A DNA stretch of 64,000 nucleotides from Candidatus Xenobia bacterium (GCA_045863235.1 BTUM01000001.1:160001-224000), one strand, 5' to 3'. Positions 10,000 to 19,320 are shown, counted from the first letter of the stretch. Numbers and translations are program-made. Notes: generated by a model from the sequence alone, not told the origin.

Positions 10000-10331
10000 A
10001 GTCGGGGCTTCCAGCCTCGAGTCAGACCTGAGTAATCGCGCTGGGACCAATTCACAAATCCGAGCTGGTTCACTTGCTCGATCTGGAGACCGTCCGGCCG
10101 GTGCTCGTAGTCTCTGGATACCTGTTGCAGTAGCCAACGCTCGACCCAATTGGGGATCGGAAGGTCTTCCCCGTCGGCGTTCTGGAACGCGTTGCCCATG
10201 TAGGCGTCGGCGTCTTCTTTCGCGGCGTCCAAGAGTAGCTGGAGGAGCGCGTCCTCGTCGCTGGATTCTACCTTTGCGTAGAGCTTGACCGTCTCGAGAG
10301 TTACCGTGCTCCGGTCTACAACGGCTCCCAT
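9996..10331 (-). CDS. Head-tail connector (HK97 gp6-like)
   Basis: VTLETVKLYAKVESSDEDALLQLLLDAA...YEHR pattern. Confidence 0.85.
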   Translation of the reverse strand: MGAVVDRSTVTLETVKLYAKVESSDEDALLQLLLDAAKEDADAYMGNAFQNADGEDLPIPNWVERWLLQQVSRDYEHRPDGLQIEQVNQLGFVNWSQRDYSGLTRGWKPRL

Positions 10332-11668
10332 CAGGCGCCACCGTGCATGCGAGTCAGATGCCCGCGCAGTGATGCGGCGCTCGGGAATTGCCTGTCACAC
10401 TGCCCACAGGAAAAGCCTTCCTTGACCTCGGCCGGAGCCACCACTTTCGCTTCGGTCGTTTCAAGAGGAGCGATCCTCGCCAGCCCGCGATTCTCAAACC
10501 ATCTCACGCGCTGAGGCAAGTCATAACCTGTGTAGATTCGTTTCCACCCACCGCGCGAGAGTACACAGTTTGGATAGAACTCGGCATTCTTTGGAATGCG
10601 ACCTTCCGGCGCAACAAACGTCTGGTTTGCGATCATTCGGACTGAGGCCGGATTCTGCGGTTTCTCGTGTTCAGGCACAGTCAAGACCTCCAGGATGGCG
10701 TTCACAGCCCGCACGGTAGCGTGTCTGTCGGTGTACTTGTAGACCCGGGCCACAGCCCGTTTCCTGGCTTCCTGCTGGGTTTCAAAGTCCTCGAGAGCCA
10801 GGGCGACTCCGTCTACCAAGTGGTCCGGGTTAGCAACCTGGACGCCCACCGTAGCGCATTCCCAGAAGCGCAAGCCGTGGTGAATGTTTCGTCGGTAGTG
10901 AGGGCTGTTCAGCACCACTACCGGTCTCCCGGCCGAGGCGAATTCGAACAATGTCGATGAATTGTCACAGATGTAGCAGTCGGCTCGTTCGAGCACCTCG
11001 TCAAAATCCGCCAGCACCTCGACTCCGGCGGCCTGATAATGCGGCCGCAACTGCTCAATGATTCGCGGGTGGCCATGGCCGATGAGTGTCCAACGGGGGT
11101 CTGTCGCCAGATCAGAGAGGGCGCCGCGAAAGTGCTCCCAGGCACTTCTGGTTTCCGGCACGATCCGGCAGTCCCAGTGAAAGGACATTGCAACCACGGG
11201 GCGCTGGGGGCGTTTCCAGGGAGGAGCCGGGTGCCAGCGGTCGAGCTTTGGGCAACCCACGACCGCCACCGGTATCCCCGGATGTGCCCGCCTGTTACGC
11301 TCGGCCGGGTGGTCCCCGGGCACGAGGAAGAGTCGGACCCCCAGACGCCCCTCGCCGCCGGCGTAGCTCGAGTGTGCACTCGAGTAGCTCTGGCCGGCAC
11401 CGTGCTCGGAGAAAATGGTTGGATGGTGGGCCTGCTGAGCCACCTTGAGGTCGCGAAAGCTGCTGACCAGGACTGAGCTTGCCGGCGTCAGCACTTTCCC
11501 GACGACGCTCGATCGCTCAAATGCTACGGACTCGATGCCCTTGCTTTTGGCGTACTCGACCAGGTGCCCTGGGACCAGGAAGACTCCCTTCCTTTCGACA
11601 GGGAAGGCATTCCAGATCGGCCTCAGGTGGTCAAGAAAATGCCGCTCGGAAGCCACGCAATCCAGCAT
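10331..11668 (-). CDS. GT-B fold transferase (CDP-glycerol glycerophosphotransferase-like) with C-terminal C2H2 zinc finger
   Basis: EHG, GCPKLD, HPR and DNSSTLFEFASAGRPVV motifs; terminal CGQC-x12-HLTRMH. Confidence 0.7.
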   Translation of the reverse strand: MLDCVASERHFLDHLRPIWNAFPVERKGVFLVPGHLVEYAKSKGIESVAFERSSVVGKVLTPASSVLVSSFRDLKVAQQAHHPTIFSEHGAGQSYSSAHSSYAGGEGRLGVRLFLVPGDHPAERNRRAHPGIPVAVVGCPKLDRWHPAPPWKRPQRPVVAMSFHWDCRIVPETRSAWEHFRGALSDLATDPRWTLIGHGHPRIIEQLRPHYQAAGVEVLADFDEVLERADCYICDNSSTLFEFASAGRPVVVLNSPHYRRNIHHGLRFWECATVGVQVANPDHLVDGVALALEDFETQQEARKRAVARVYKYTDRHATVRAVNAILEVLTVPEHEKPQNPASVRMIANQTFVAPEGRIPKNAEFYPNCVLSRGGWKRIYTGYDLPQRVRWFENRGLARIAPLETTEAKVVAPAEVKEGFSCGQCDRQFPSAASLRGHLTRMHGGA

Positions 11669-13194
11669 CAGTAGTTGTTTCCGGCTCGCTCCGCCCCGAT
11701 ATGAGTGACCAGTTCCTCGCCGTGCCCCCAGTAGGCCATCCGATTGGCTGGGTCGCGGTTCAGCACGTCGGTGTAGCCTCGCTCGCTGGATTTCACATCA
11801 GGCCAGGGCGTCTCACAAAGGGAGCGCCTGAAGAGACTCGGGTTGCACGTCCAGTAGAGACGATGTTCCAGCCAGCGCGCACCGTCCACCTCGCACTTGG
11901 TGTAGGCCTCAGGATGCTCGGCGATAATGCTGCCGGCAGCCAGCTCGCGAGGATAGTAGGGGTGTCGCAGGAGCGCGAGCTGGCTCAGATGTGGCTGGTC
12001 CTGCAGAATGTCGATCATCCGGTCGAGATCGATGGGCACGTCAAACGTGAAGTCGTCCTCGGTCTGGAACACGTAACCCGAATTGCAGCGCCGTCGCAGG
12101 TAGCTCCACATCGCTCGCATCGAACCCGTGTAGCCGAGCCGCTCGGCCGGGCCGACCACGTAGAACCCGAATCTCCCGAATTGCTCCATGAGCCACTGCT
12201 TGTAGGCTGCGTCTCCCGAATCGTCGTAGAACACGCGGCGCACGATGGGGCCCCGCACTTGCTCGACCAGGCTGGGGACGGCCCGTGCGATGTATTCGCG
12301 TCGCCTATCCGTGTGCACCACTACTGTCACGCCACGGTTGACTGCCTTCCAATCGTCGACCAGTTCCCGCAGGGTGGGCCACTTGCCCGTCCACTCGGAG
12401 CCGCCGAGCTGGGCTTCGGCAGCTGTGCTCTCGCGCTCGAGGTTGGCGATGTCTCTGGCCAGGTCTTCCTTGGGCGGCCAGGTGTCCTCGCGCTCCGTCT
12501 GACCCATGTCCCGGCGCAGGGCCACCATGTAGCGCCGGCCCAAGATCGAGTTGCGGAGGAAATCGACCTGGTAGCGCCCGTTCCGCTTTCCGCGCTCCGG
12601 TGTCAGCGGGTGCCACAGGTGGAAGACATCGCCATCGATCCGCTCGTGTCCGTGTAGGCCGCAGACCGCAGACTGGAACGCCATGTCCTCCCAGCCCCAT
12701 CCACGAAAACGCTCGTCGAAGCCGCCCAAGTCATCCCAGACCGGCCGCGGCACGACGAAGCAGCAGCTCCAACTGAGCGGGTTCGTTTTCTCCACCAGAT
12801 GGTCAAGGTCAGCGCCGTCCAGGCCCTGGGCGAGCAAGCCGGCCTGGTCGCGCACCAGGCGATCGGTCGAGGCTCGGTCCAACCCCCGCCAGCGTCGGAA
12901 GGCCCAGGTGACCCGCCCGGTCGTCCGAGCCCGCTTGAGCGCTGCCTCCAGCTGACCGACCGGAATGAAGATGTCGCTGTCGATGATGACTGCGAAGTGC
13001 CAGCGCCCGTCCCTGTCCGCCGCCCGAGCCGCCCGATTGATCGCAGCTGAGCGGTTGAAGGGCCCGCGGTCATGGTGTCCCTCGTAGACCCTGAGCTTCG
13101 GGTGAAGGAGCGCCCAGCGCTTCTTGAGGCGTTCCCAAATCAAGTCGCGCTCAGGGATGCCCGCGCGCCGCGGGCAGAGGATAACAATCCGCAT
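11668..13194 (-). CDS. Two-domain GT-A glycosyltransferase (GT2/GT7-like)
   Basis: ATG at 13194 (TAATG overlap); FNRSAAIN, DSD, GGFDERFRGWGWED; second domain YDDSGD, QTEDDF. Confidence 0.88.
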   Translation of the reverse strand: MRIVILCPRRAGIPERDLIWERLKKRWALLHPKLRVYEGHHDRGPFNRSAAINRAARAADRDGRWHFAVIIDSDIFIPVGQLEAALKRARTTGRVTWAFRRWRGLDRASTDRLVRDQAGLLAQGLDGADLDHLVEKTNPLSWSCCFVVPRPVWDDLGGFDERFRGWGWEDMAFQSAVCGLHGHERIDGDVFHLWHPLTPERGKRNGRYQVDFLRNSILGRRYMVALRRDMGQTEREDTWPPKEDLARDIANLERESTAAEAQLGGSEWTGKWPTLRELVDDWKAVNRGVTVVVHTDRRREYIARAVPSLVEQVRGPIVRRVFYDDSGDAAYKQWLMEQFGRFGFYVVGPAERLGYTGSMRAMWSYLRRRCNSGYVFQTEDDFTFDVPIDLDRMIDILQDQPHLSQLALLRHPYYPRELAAGSIIAEHPEAYTKCEVDGARWLEHRLYWTCNPSLFRRSLCETPWPDVKSSERGYTDVLNRDPANRMAYWGHGEELVTHIGAERAGNNY

Positions 13195-13940
13195 TAGACC
13201 TCCCGGAAGGCTCGCAGGATCTCGAGCAGGGCCTCCTGCTTGGCCCGCACTTGGGCCTGGTCGGCCAAGCGCCAGCCCGGACGGATAGTCTCCCCGAACG
13301 AACTGGCGTAGTCTCGAAACTTGAACCCGTCTCCGAGCACGCCGGGGTGAGGGTCCCACCAGTTCTCGATTCCCAGTGAATCTGCCAGGATGATCCCGTG
13401 CAGACTCGAGGACACGATTCGCCGACAGCGGGCCGCGGCGGTCACCACCTGGTCGACGCCAGCGAGGACGTCGATCTCAAGCACGGTCTCGCGTCGGCCG
13501 GGGTCGACCTCGATCGAGCGCACTTTGTAGTCCCCAGGGTTTCCGCGATGGTCGACGTAGTGACGGATGAATCCGACGTCGACATCCGGCCTGGGCCGCT
13601 CGTGGAGCAACAGGCCGGCCAGGAGCCCAGGGTCGGCCAGCACAGGTGGAGGATTCTCCGGGCTCAGGCGCACCCGCTCGAGCGTAAGCCTCCCACGCAG
13701 GGCGAGCACACGGGAGCAGGTCAGGTCCCGGCGGGATTCATCGAACATCAGCCCGCTGCCCAGCACGGTGCCGGCCCACCCGTCAGGGACCGCCTCCAGC
13801 ACCGACCCCACAGCCACCAGGTGCGCGTCTGGCACCTCGGCCCATTCTGGCTCGATCCCCGCAATGCGAGAAAGGAGCACCCTGGTAAGGGCGTCGCCAA
13901 AGTTGGCTCCTCCAGCGTACTGGTCCCAGAAAGCTCTCAT
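13194..13940 (-). CDS. Polysaccharide pyruvyltransferase (ExoV-like)
   Basis: NFGDAL, GSVL, ALRGRLT, LADPGLL, SSSLHGIILADSLGI, FKFRDY motifs. Confidence 0.88.
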   Translation of the reverse strand: MRAFWDQYAGGANFGDALTRVLLSRIAGIEPEWAEVPDAHLVAVGSVLEAVPDGWAGTVLGSGLMFDESRRDLTCSRVLALRGRLTLERVRLSPENPPPVLADPGLLAGLLLHERPRPDVDVGFIRHYVDHRGNPGDYKVRSIEVDPGRRETVLEIDVLAGVDQVVTAAARCRRIVSSSLHGIILADSLGIENWWDPHPGVLGDGFKFRDYASSFGETIRPGWRLADQAQVRAKQEALLEILRAFREV

Positions 13941-13960
13941 GGTCTCAACATTCCCATCTC

Positions 13961-13988
13961 AAAATGGGGCCCCCGGTTGGAGGCCCCA
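13961..13988 (-). terminator. Intrinsic terminator after capsid gene
   Basis: TGGGGCCTCC-AACC-GGGGGCCCCA followed by TTTT on minus strand. Confidence 0.65.
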
Positions 13989-14005
13989 CGTTCAAAGGGG
14001 ACCGA

Positions 14006-15256
14006 TTATGAGCCGGAGCCCGTGTAGCTGCCGGTGATGATGAGTTCGGGAATCTGGTGGGCGATGTATACCCCCTCGTCACCGAACAACAGCAACTTGC
14101 CAGACAGCGCAAAATCGCTGTGCTGGTTGAAGATCTGCACGCTCACCTCTTCCAGGTCATAGAAGGTTGAGGACTGGTAGAGGTCGCCAGTCACGAACTG
14201 GCCCTGGTCGATTGCGCTGGTGGGAAACACAGGAACTTGCCACATGACCTTCTGGCCATTGACCTGGACCTGAGCCCAGATGTAGCGATCCTGGCTGTCC
14301 TTCTGGAGCTCCATCTCCTCCCAGTCCTCGTGATTCACGATGTAGACGGTGGGGAGGGTGGGCAGTTCCACCAGATGAAGCATCGTCTGGGCGCGGCGCA
14401 GCGCGTCGATCTTGGTGTCGCCAGCCTGGTGGCGGTTGTAGGTCTGTCGCCCGCTGACCTGGGTGAAACCCTTCAGGCTCGCAGAAGACCCGGCGATCAG
14501 GAGCGTGTCCTCCTTGTGGTAGATGCCGTTGACCATGCGGTTCTCGGTGAAGTTCTCCACGGTGGGCATGTCGCGGGCCTGCTCCTTGGTGAGGACCAGG
14601 CCGTGGCTGACCTGAGTCGAGGCCACCGAAGACTTGTCGAAGCTGATCTCGGAGAGTGCGGCCTCGGCTCCCTCAGCACGCTCGGCTGCCGCGTTGGTGT
14701 AGCCCGTCTCTACCACGAACTCAAGCTGAGCTTTCGTCGTCCGCACGACATTCAGGACGTCGCGCAAGTGCATTTGCCGCAAACGAGGGGGGGCGTAGAT
14801 GCGCTGGTCGAGCATGGTCGAAAGGACGTCGCGGGCGTCGCCTGGGTCGAGCGCCTTCTTTTCGGGCCAGATCCGGCCAAGCTTGACCGGCTCCATCGAA
14901 ACAGCTGACTTGTTCTCCAGGAACTTGCGGTACGTCTCCGACTCGGTGAGTCGCTTTCCGATTGACTTCGTCTGGCCGTCTCCGTGGACCACGGTGCGGT
15001 TGAGCTTGGCCTCGATGTCATCCAGGCGGCTCTTCTGCTCGACAGCAGTTTCATGGGCCCTTTTGATCTCGCTCTGGATATCCTCGGCGGTCTTGTTGTA
15101 GCGTTCCTCGAGCGCGGCGATCGACTTGCTGGTCGAGCTGGTCGTGCCCCCCAGCTTCTTGATCTCCTCGTTCTGCTTTTTCAGCTCCTCCTTGAGGGCT
15201 GTCTGCACGGACTTGAACTCGCTGCCCAGCTGGGCCAGTGCGTCGTTCGTCTTCAC
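14006..15256 (-). CDS. Major capsid protein, HK97 fold; ends in GSGS
   Basis: 416 aa, N-terminal coiled-coil delta domain, AEG and KDSQDRYIW motifs. Confidence 0.93.
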   Translation of the reverse strand: MKTNDALAQLGSEFKSVQTALKEELKKQNEEIKKLGGTTSSTSKSIAALEERYNKTAEDIQSEIKRAHETAVEQKSRLDDIEAKLNRTVVHGDGQTKSIGKRLTESETYRKFLENKSAVSMEPVKLGRIWPEKKALDPGDARDVLSTMLDQRIYAPPRLRQMHLRDVLNVVRTTKAQLEFVVETGYTNAAAERAEGAEAALSEISFDKSSVASTQVSHGLVLTKEQARDMPTVENFTENRMVNGIYHKEDTLLIAGSSASLKGFTQVSGRQTYNRHQAGDTKIDALRRAQTMLHLVELPTLPTVYIVNHEDWEEMELQKDSQDRYIWAQVQVNGQKVMWQVPVFPTSAIDQGQFVTGDLYQSSTFYDLEEVSVQIFNQHSDFALSGKLLLFGDEGVYIAHQIPELIITGSYTGSGS

Positions 15257-15289
15257 TGCTGTTCTCCTTTCTTACCCAGCCCGGGCATC

Positions 15290-15319
15290 AAAAAGACCAC
15301 CGGTTTCCGGTGGTCAAAA
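15290..15319 (-). terminator. Terminator-like hairpin between protease and capsid genes
   Basis: GACCACCGG-AAA-CCGGTGGTC followed by TTTTT on minus strand. Confidence 0.6.
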
Positions 15320-15348
15320 CTCTTGCTTGTGGACTTTTCGTGGGATGC

Positions 15349-16320
15349 CTACTCGGCGTCGGACTCGCTGGCCATGTTGCGGATCTGCACGACACACTCC
15401 TCGAGAATCACGGCAACCTCTTCGAGGTCCTTCCGCTTCTCGTCGGCGTCGGAGGACCAGCGAGCCTGCCAGATGGCGTCGGATGCGCCGCGCAGTCGCG
15501 CAGAGATGTCCATCGCGCGGGGACTTCCCTTCCTTTCCCGGCCTCGAGCACCGCTCTTTTCGCCGTCCACTTCCTCGTCGTCGGACGACGAATCGCTCCC
15601 CTCATCCGCCTCGTCGACATCCTCATCGGTGTCAATCGGGCTCTCGTCGTCTTTGGAGGAGAGCGACTTGCGAAAGCTTTTCATATCGCGCAGCAAGTTC
15701 GTCAGCCCCTTCTCGTCATCGAGGTCCACGTCTTCATCCTCCTCTTCATCGTCCGAGCAGGCTACGGAGCGCAGCTCGGTGAGGGCCCCGATGGCCCGGT
15801 CAAGTTTGGTGATACTCGCGGCCGACAGCACGCGCCCCGCTTTTACGCCGGTTATGGCCGCCAGTTCGTTGGCTGGGAAGTCCACCGGGCCGAATTCGTA
15901 GACCTTAAGCTTGATGAGCTCGCGCCGGCCCGTGTCGGGGCTCCTCTGGCTCTCTTCCACGTCGTAAGAGAAGCTCATGGCGTCCAGTGTCCCCGAAGAG
16001 CACATCGCCAGGACGTCATTCCCCAGCGAAGTCTCGTCGATTCGAGCCTCGATATACAGCCCACGCTCGTCCTCGCGCATGACCGTGGGAATGCCGATGA
16101 TGAACGTGTGGTTGTAGAAGAGCTTAATCTTGCTTCGAAGCTGTCCATCTACCTGGTTGGGGCCTCGCTGAGCAATGGTCTCAGCGAAGGCACCTTTACG
16201 GATGGTGTCTCCCACCTGGTCGGGGTCCCAGGTCGCAGCGTAGCCGGTGATGGTGCGCTGTGCTACGTCTGCCTTCACGCCGACAAAGGGAAAGGATTTC
16301 CGTGTGGTCTGCAACTTCAC
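15349..16320 (-). CDS. HK97-family prohead protease with acidic C-terminal extension
   Basis: GYAATW, KGAF, LFYNH, EDERGLY, MSFSY, VDFPAN motifs. Confidence 0.93.
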   Translation of the reverse strand: MKLQTTRKSFPFVGVKADVAQRTITGYAATWDPDQVGDTIRKGAFAETIAQRGPNQVDGQLRSKIKLFYNHTFIIGIPTVMREDERGLYIEARIDETSLGNDVLAMCSSGTLDAMSFSYDVEESQRSPDTGRRELIKLKVYEFGPVDFPANELAAITGVKAGRVLSAASITKLDRAIGALTELRSVACSDDEEEDEDVDLDDEKGLTNLLRDMKSFRKSLSSKDDESPIDTDEDVDEADEGSDSSSDDEEVDGEKSGARGRERKGSPRAMDISARLRGASDAIWQARWSSDADEKRKDLEEVAVILEECVVQIRNMASESDAE

Positions 16321-17747
16321 TGGGTTCTCCTTTCCAGGCGCCCCAGGCGCTTTTCGAGTTGCTGGATCAGGATCATCAGGCGCTTGCTCCCATCCTGGAG
16401 ACTCGGGTCCACCAGAGCCGCGCCCTCATTGGCCAGCGGGATCATGTTGCTCGGGGCCCAGCTGACATCACCGCCCTCGATGGCCGGCAGACCTAGACCC
16501 AGGTAGCGATTCACGACGTTGATTGGATAGCCCATCATGTGCAGCTTGTAGCCAGCATCGATCTTGGAAATAAGCTGGGGTAGGAGGGCCGGAACGTTCG
16601 CGAAGTCAAAGCTCAACCGGTAATTCTCGCCCCAGCGGGGCCAGATCCAGGCTCGGTTGTAAGCATCAGACAGAATACCTGCCAGCGGGATGACCGAGTC
16701 TTCATAAAAGCTCTTATGATACTCGGCCAGGTTGGCGAGGGTGGCATTCTCGCTGATGCCTACGATCGGGGGCGGGACTCGGAAGACCGCGCAGATTTCC
16801 TCGCGGGTCAGTTTGCGACCCTCGACGTAGTCCATCTCCACCGGGGATCGGCTGGTCTCCGTCCAAGTGGTCCCTGAGCTCAGCAGTAACAGATTGTAGG
16901 CTGATTCCGGCCCGTGAATCTCGCTGGCCAGGAGTTCCTTCAGTTCAGCGTGTTGCTCTGGCTCGAGCGTCTGAGGAGTAGTAAGCACACCGCCAGCGAT
17001 GCCTCGGTTCTCGAGCATCGAGAAATTCCACTGAATGGCAGCCACGTCCGTATCAACGACAAGTGACGCAGCTCGCAACGGACTGAACCCCCAGTAAGGG
17101 TTCCCCGGGTCGTGGAACTGACAGTGGACCAGGTCTCGCGGCCGCACGAGGAAAGTGTTCCGGTCATTCGTGGCAGCGTATCCGGGGAAGACAGACATTC
17201 CCGTCCCCCACCGAGTGACCTTGTACAGGTCAATCAAGTCCAGGGTGCCCGGCACAGGGTAGCACTTGTCAGGCGTTATTGGCCAGAGCTCGAGAGTGTT
17301 GGCCCTCCCTGAATTCGTCGAATCAATGATGGTCGTCAGGAAGTTGCCCGTCAGGAACAAGTCCTGCAGGTTGCGTTGCACCAGGTCTGACCGGGAGAAG
17401 AACTTGTTGGGGCGCGAGAACCGACCTTCCGCCGGGTGGTCGGCCATGTCTTCCCACTGCTGGCCGTTCCATTGCTGGACTTTGTGCGGTACCACTCCGA
17501 GGGCCCAAACATAGGCCTGGATACAAGCGTAAACCCACGGATTGCTTTTTAGGCCCTCTGCTATAGCCTTCTCTGCGGTCCAATCGGTCTGGCCGCGATA
17601 GGGTCGCCCGTAAACGTAGATCGGCTGGACCTGGGCGAGACGGACAGACTTCTTATCGGCGGCCGAGACGACCGAGGCCGCGCCCTCGGAGGTGAGGGTT
17701 GAGCCCGCGATCCAGGCGCCCACGCGTTGGCGGAATCGGTTTAGCAA
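16317..17747 (-). CDS. Portal protein, HK97 family
   Basis: WVYACI, YWGFSPL, EICAVFRVPPPIVG motifs. Confidence 0.93.
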   Translation of the reverse strand: MLNRFRQRVGAWIAGSTLTSEGAASVVSAADKKSVRLAQVQPIYVYGRPYRGQTDWTAEKAIAEGLKSNPWVYACIQAYVWALGVVPHKVQQWNGQQWEDMADHPAEGRFSRPNKFFSRSDLVQRNLQDLFLTGNFLTTIIDSTNSGRANTLELWPITPDKCYPVPGTLDLIDLYKVTRWGTGMSVFPGYAATNDRNTFLVRPRDLVHCQFHDPGNPYWGFSPLRAASLVVDTDVAAIQWNFSMLENRGIAGGVLTTPQTLEPEQHAELKELLASEIHGPESAYNLLLLSSGTTWTETSRSPVEMDYVEGRKLTREEICAVFRVPPPIVGISENATLANLAEYHKSFYEDSVIPLAGILSDAYNRAWIWPRWGENYRLSFDFANVPALLPQLISKIDAGYKLHMMGYPINVVNRYLGLGLPAIEGGDVSWAPSNMIPLANEGAALVDPSLQDGSKRLMILIQQLEKRLGRLERRTQ

Positions 17748-19320
17748 CGGGCTGGTCCTCCTTGAGCGCGTTGGGCTCGGTGTCCGCCGGGGACGGTGGC
17801 TTGATGGTGGTCACGAGGAGAGACACGTCCACCTGCTCACGCTCCTCAAAGTAAGCCTGGGCCTGACTCGAGGCGTCCACCTGGTCATCAGCCGCTCCCT
17901 TCGGGAAACTCGAATGCTCCGAGATCCACTCACGCACCCAGGGGTAACCATCGGAAGAGGGCAAGAAGATGTTGCCAGCTCGGGCTCGAGGCGTCCAGGC
18001 GTAAGCCCGCAAAACCTTGGAGCTGCCTTGCGGGTTGATCGGAGTTAACCCGGACAGCTCTGACTTCAGAACTCGTAAGACCTCTGGGCCATTGGCTTTC
18101 TGTTCCACCAATATCGGCCGGGCTTTGGGCCAGCGTTTAGATAGCAGCCTCACGGCCTCGATAGTACCAGTGAGGTCGAGCCGCTCTCGAATCTGATCGA
18201 GTAGGAATCGCCTGGGTCCAAGCCGGCCCCAGACCTGTCCGACTACCCAGGACGTTCCCTTCTTTAGACCTCCGCCCGAGCAGTCCCACGATTGAATCAG
18301 GTCGTTGAACCTGACCTCGCCGCTGTAAACCCAGCCCTCAGCCTCCTGGTCATAAGCGACGGGAAGGTCAGATAGGGCCCAGCGGCTCCACCAGGCAGGG
18401 TCGAACATGCCGCCCTTTCCTGCAACTGGCCATCCTTGCAGCAGCGCCCAAAAGAACTGCTCTCCCTGCTCGACCCGGACCTCGCTCAGGATGTCTGCGG
18501 GATGGAGTTCCGGACAAAGCGCCTCGCCTGGCTGACGTCCGATTGGGTCCGGAAATACCTCCTCGTAGCCGTCTGGAACCTCGTCCTCCGCGAGCGCAAT
18601 GGCCGGTAGGGAGACTTTCTCCCAGATCGCCCCGCCCTGTCTCTCGAGCGCACGCAGGTGGCCCGCCAGATCGTCAAGATGCCAGCGAGTCATGATCAGG
18701 ATGATTGCGCCGTTCTTCTGGACTCGCGTCCGAAGCGTCGTGCCGTAGAAGTCTTTCTGCTTTTCCCGGACCGTCTCTGAGAGGGCCTCTTCCTGGTTCT
18801 TTACCGGGTCGTCGATAACCAGCAAGTCAGCCGACTTACCGGTAATTGACCCACCCATCCCGGCAGTCCGCATACCGCCACGGTGGCCCTCAATTGACCA
18901 GTCATGTGCCGCCCGGTTCCGTCGGCTCACTCGAATCCCGAAAAGCCAGCCCCACTCCTCGAGGATGTCACGGACCTTCCGCCCGTAGCTGGCCGCGTAT
19001 TCAGCCTCGTAGCTGACCAGGATGATTCGGGTGTCGGGAAACATTCCCAACACCCAGGCCAGAAAGTAGACGCTGGCAAAGACGCTCTTACCATGCTGGG
19101 GGGGCATCGTGATCATCAGTCGCCTGATAATCCACCCCGCGGCCACGCGCTGGCCAGCCGCAACTAGGCGTTTCTTCGCTCCGGGCATCCCAGCTGCAAC
19201 CCGCATCAGAAATGTCAGCAGGTGGAGAAGATGCCGATATGGCCTCCACTCGCCCCGGCTCACATGCCAGGCAAAGTGCGCCGGCGAAATGCGAGCCCAC
19301 TCGTTGGCTGGAAATCTCAC
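17653..19320 (-). CDS. terL: Terminase large subunit
   Basis: Walker A PPQHGKS, LVIDDP, IMTRWH, nuclease SWD and DDQVDA. Confidence 0.95.
   Translation of the reverse strand: MRFPANEWARISPAHFAWHVSRGEWRPYRHLLHLLTFLMRVAAGMPGAKKRLVAAGQRVAAGWIIRRLMITMPPQHGKSVFASVYFLAWVLGMFPDTRIILVSYEAEYAASYGRKVRDILEEWGWLFGIRVSRRNRAAHDWSIEGHRGGMRTAGMGGSITGKSADLLVIDDPVKNQEEALSETVREKQKDFYGTTLRTRVQKNGAIILIMTRWHLDDLAGHLRALERQGGAIWEKVSLPAIALAEDEVPDGYEEVFPDPIGRQPGEALCPELHPADILSEVRVEQGEQFFWALLQGWPVAGKGGMFDPAWWSRWALSDLPVAYDQEAEGWVYSGEVRFNDLIQSWDCSGGGLKKGTSWVVGQVWGRLGPRRFLLDQIRERLDLTGTIEAVRLLSKRWPKARPILVEQKANGPEVLRVLKSELSGLTPINPQGSSKVLRAYAWTPRARAGNIFLPSSDGYPWVREWISEHSSFPKGAADDQVDASSQAQAYFEEREQVDVSLLVTTIKPPSPADTEPNALKEDQPVAKPIPPTRGRLDRGLNPHLRGRGLGRLGRR

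Noticed and set aside
10331..13940. Serotype-conversion moron or DNA-glycosylation cassette
   Set aside because: Not favoured: no TM segments, flippase or GtrABC-type genes, no base-hydroxylating enzyme, and genes are coupled within the late structural operon. Not formally excluded
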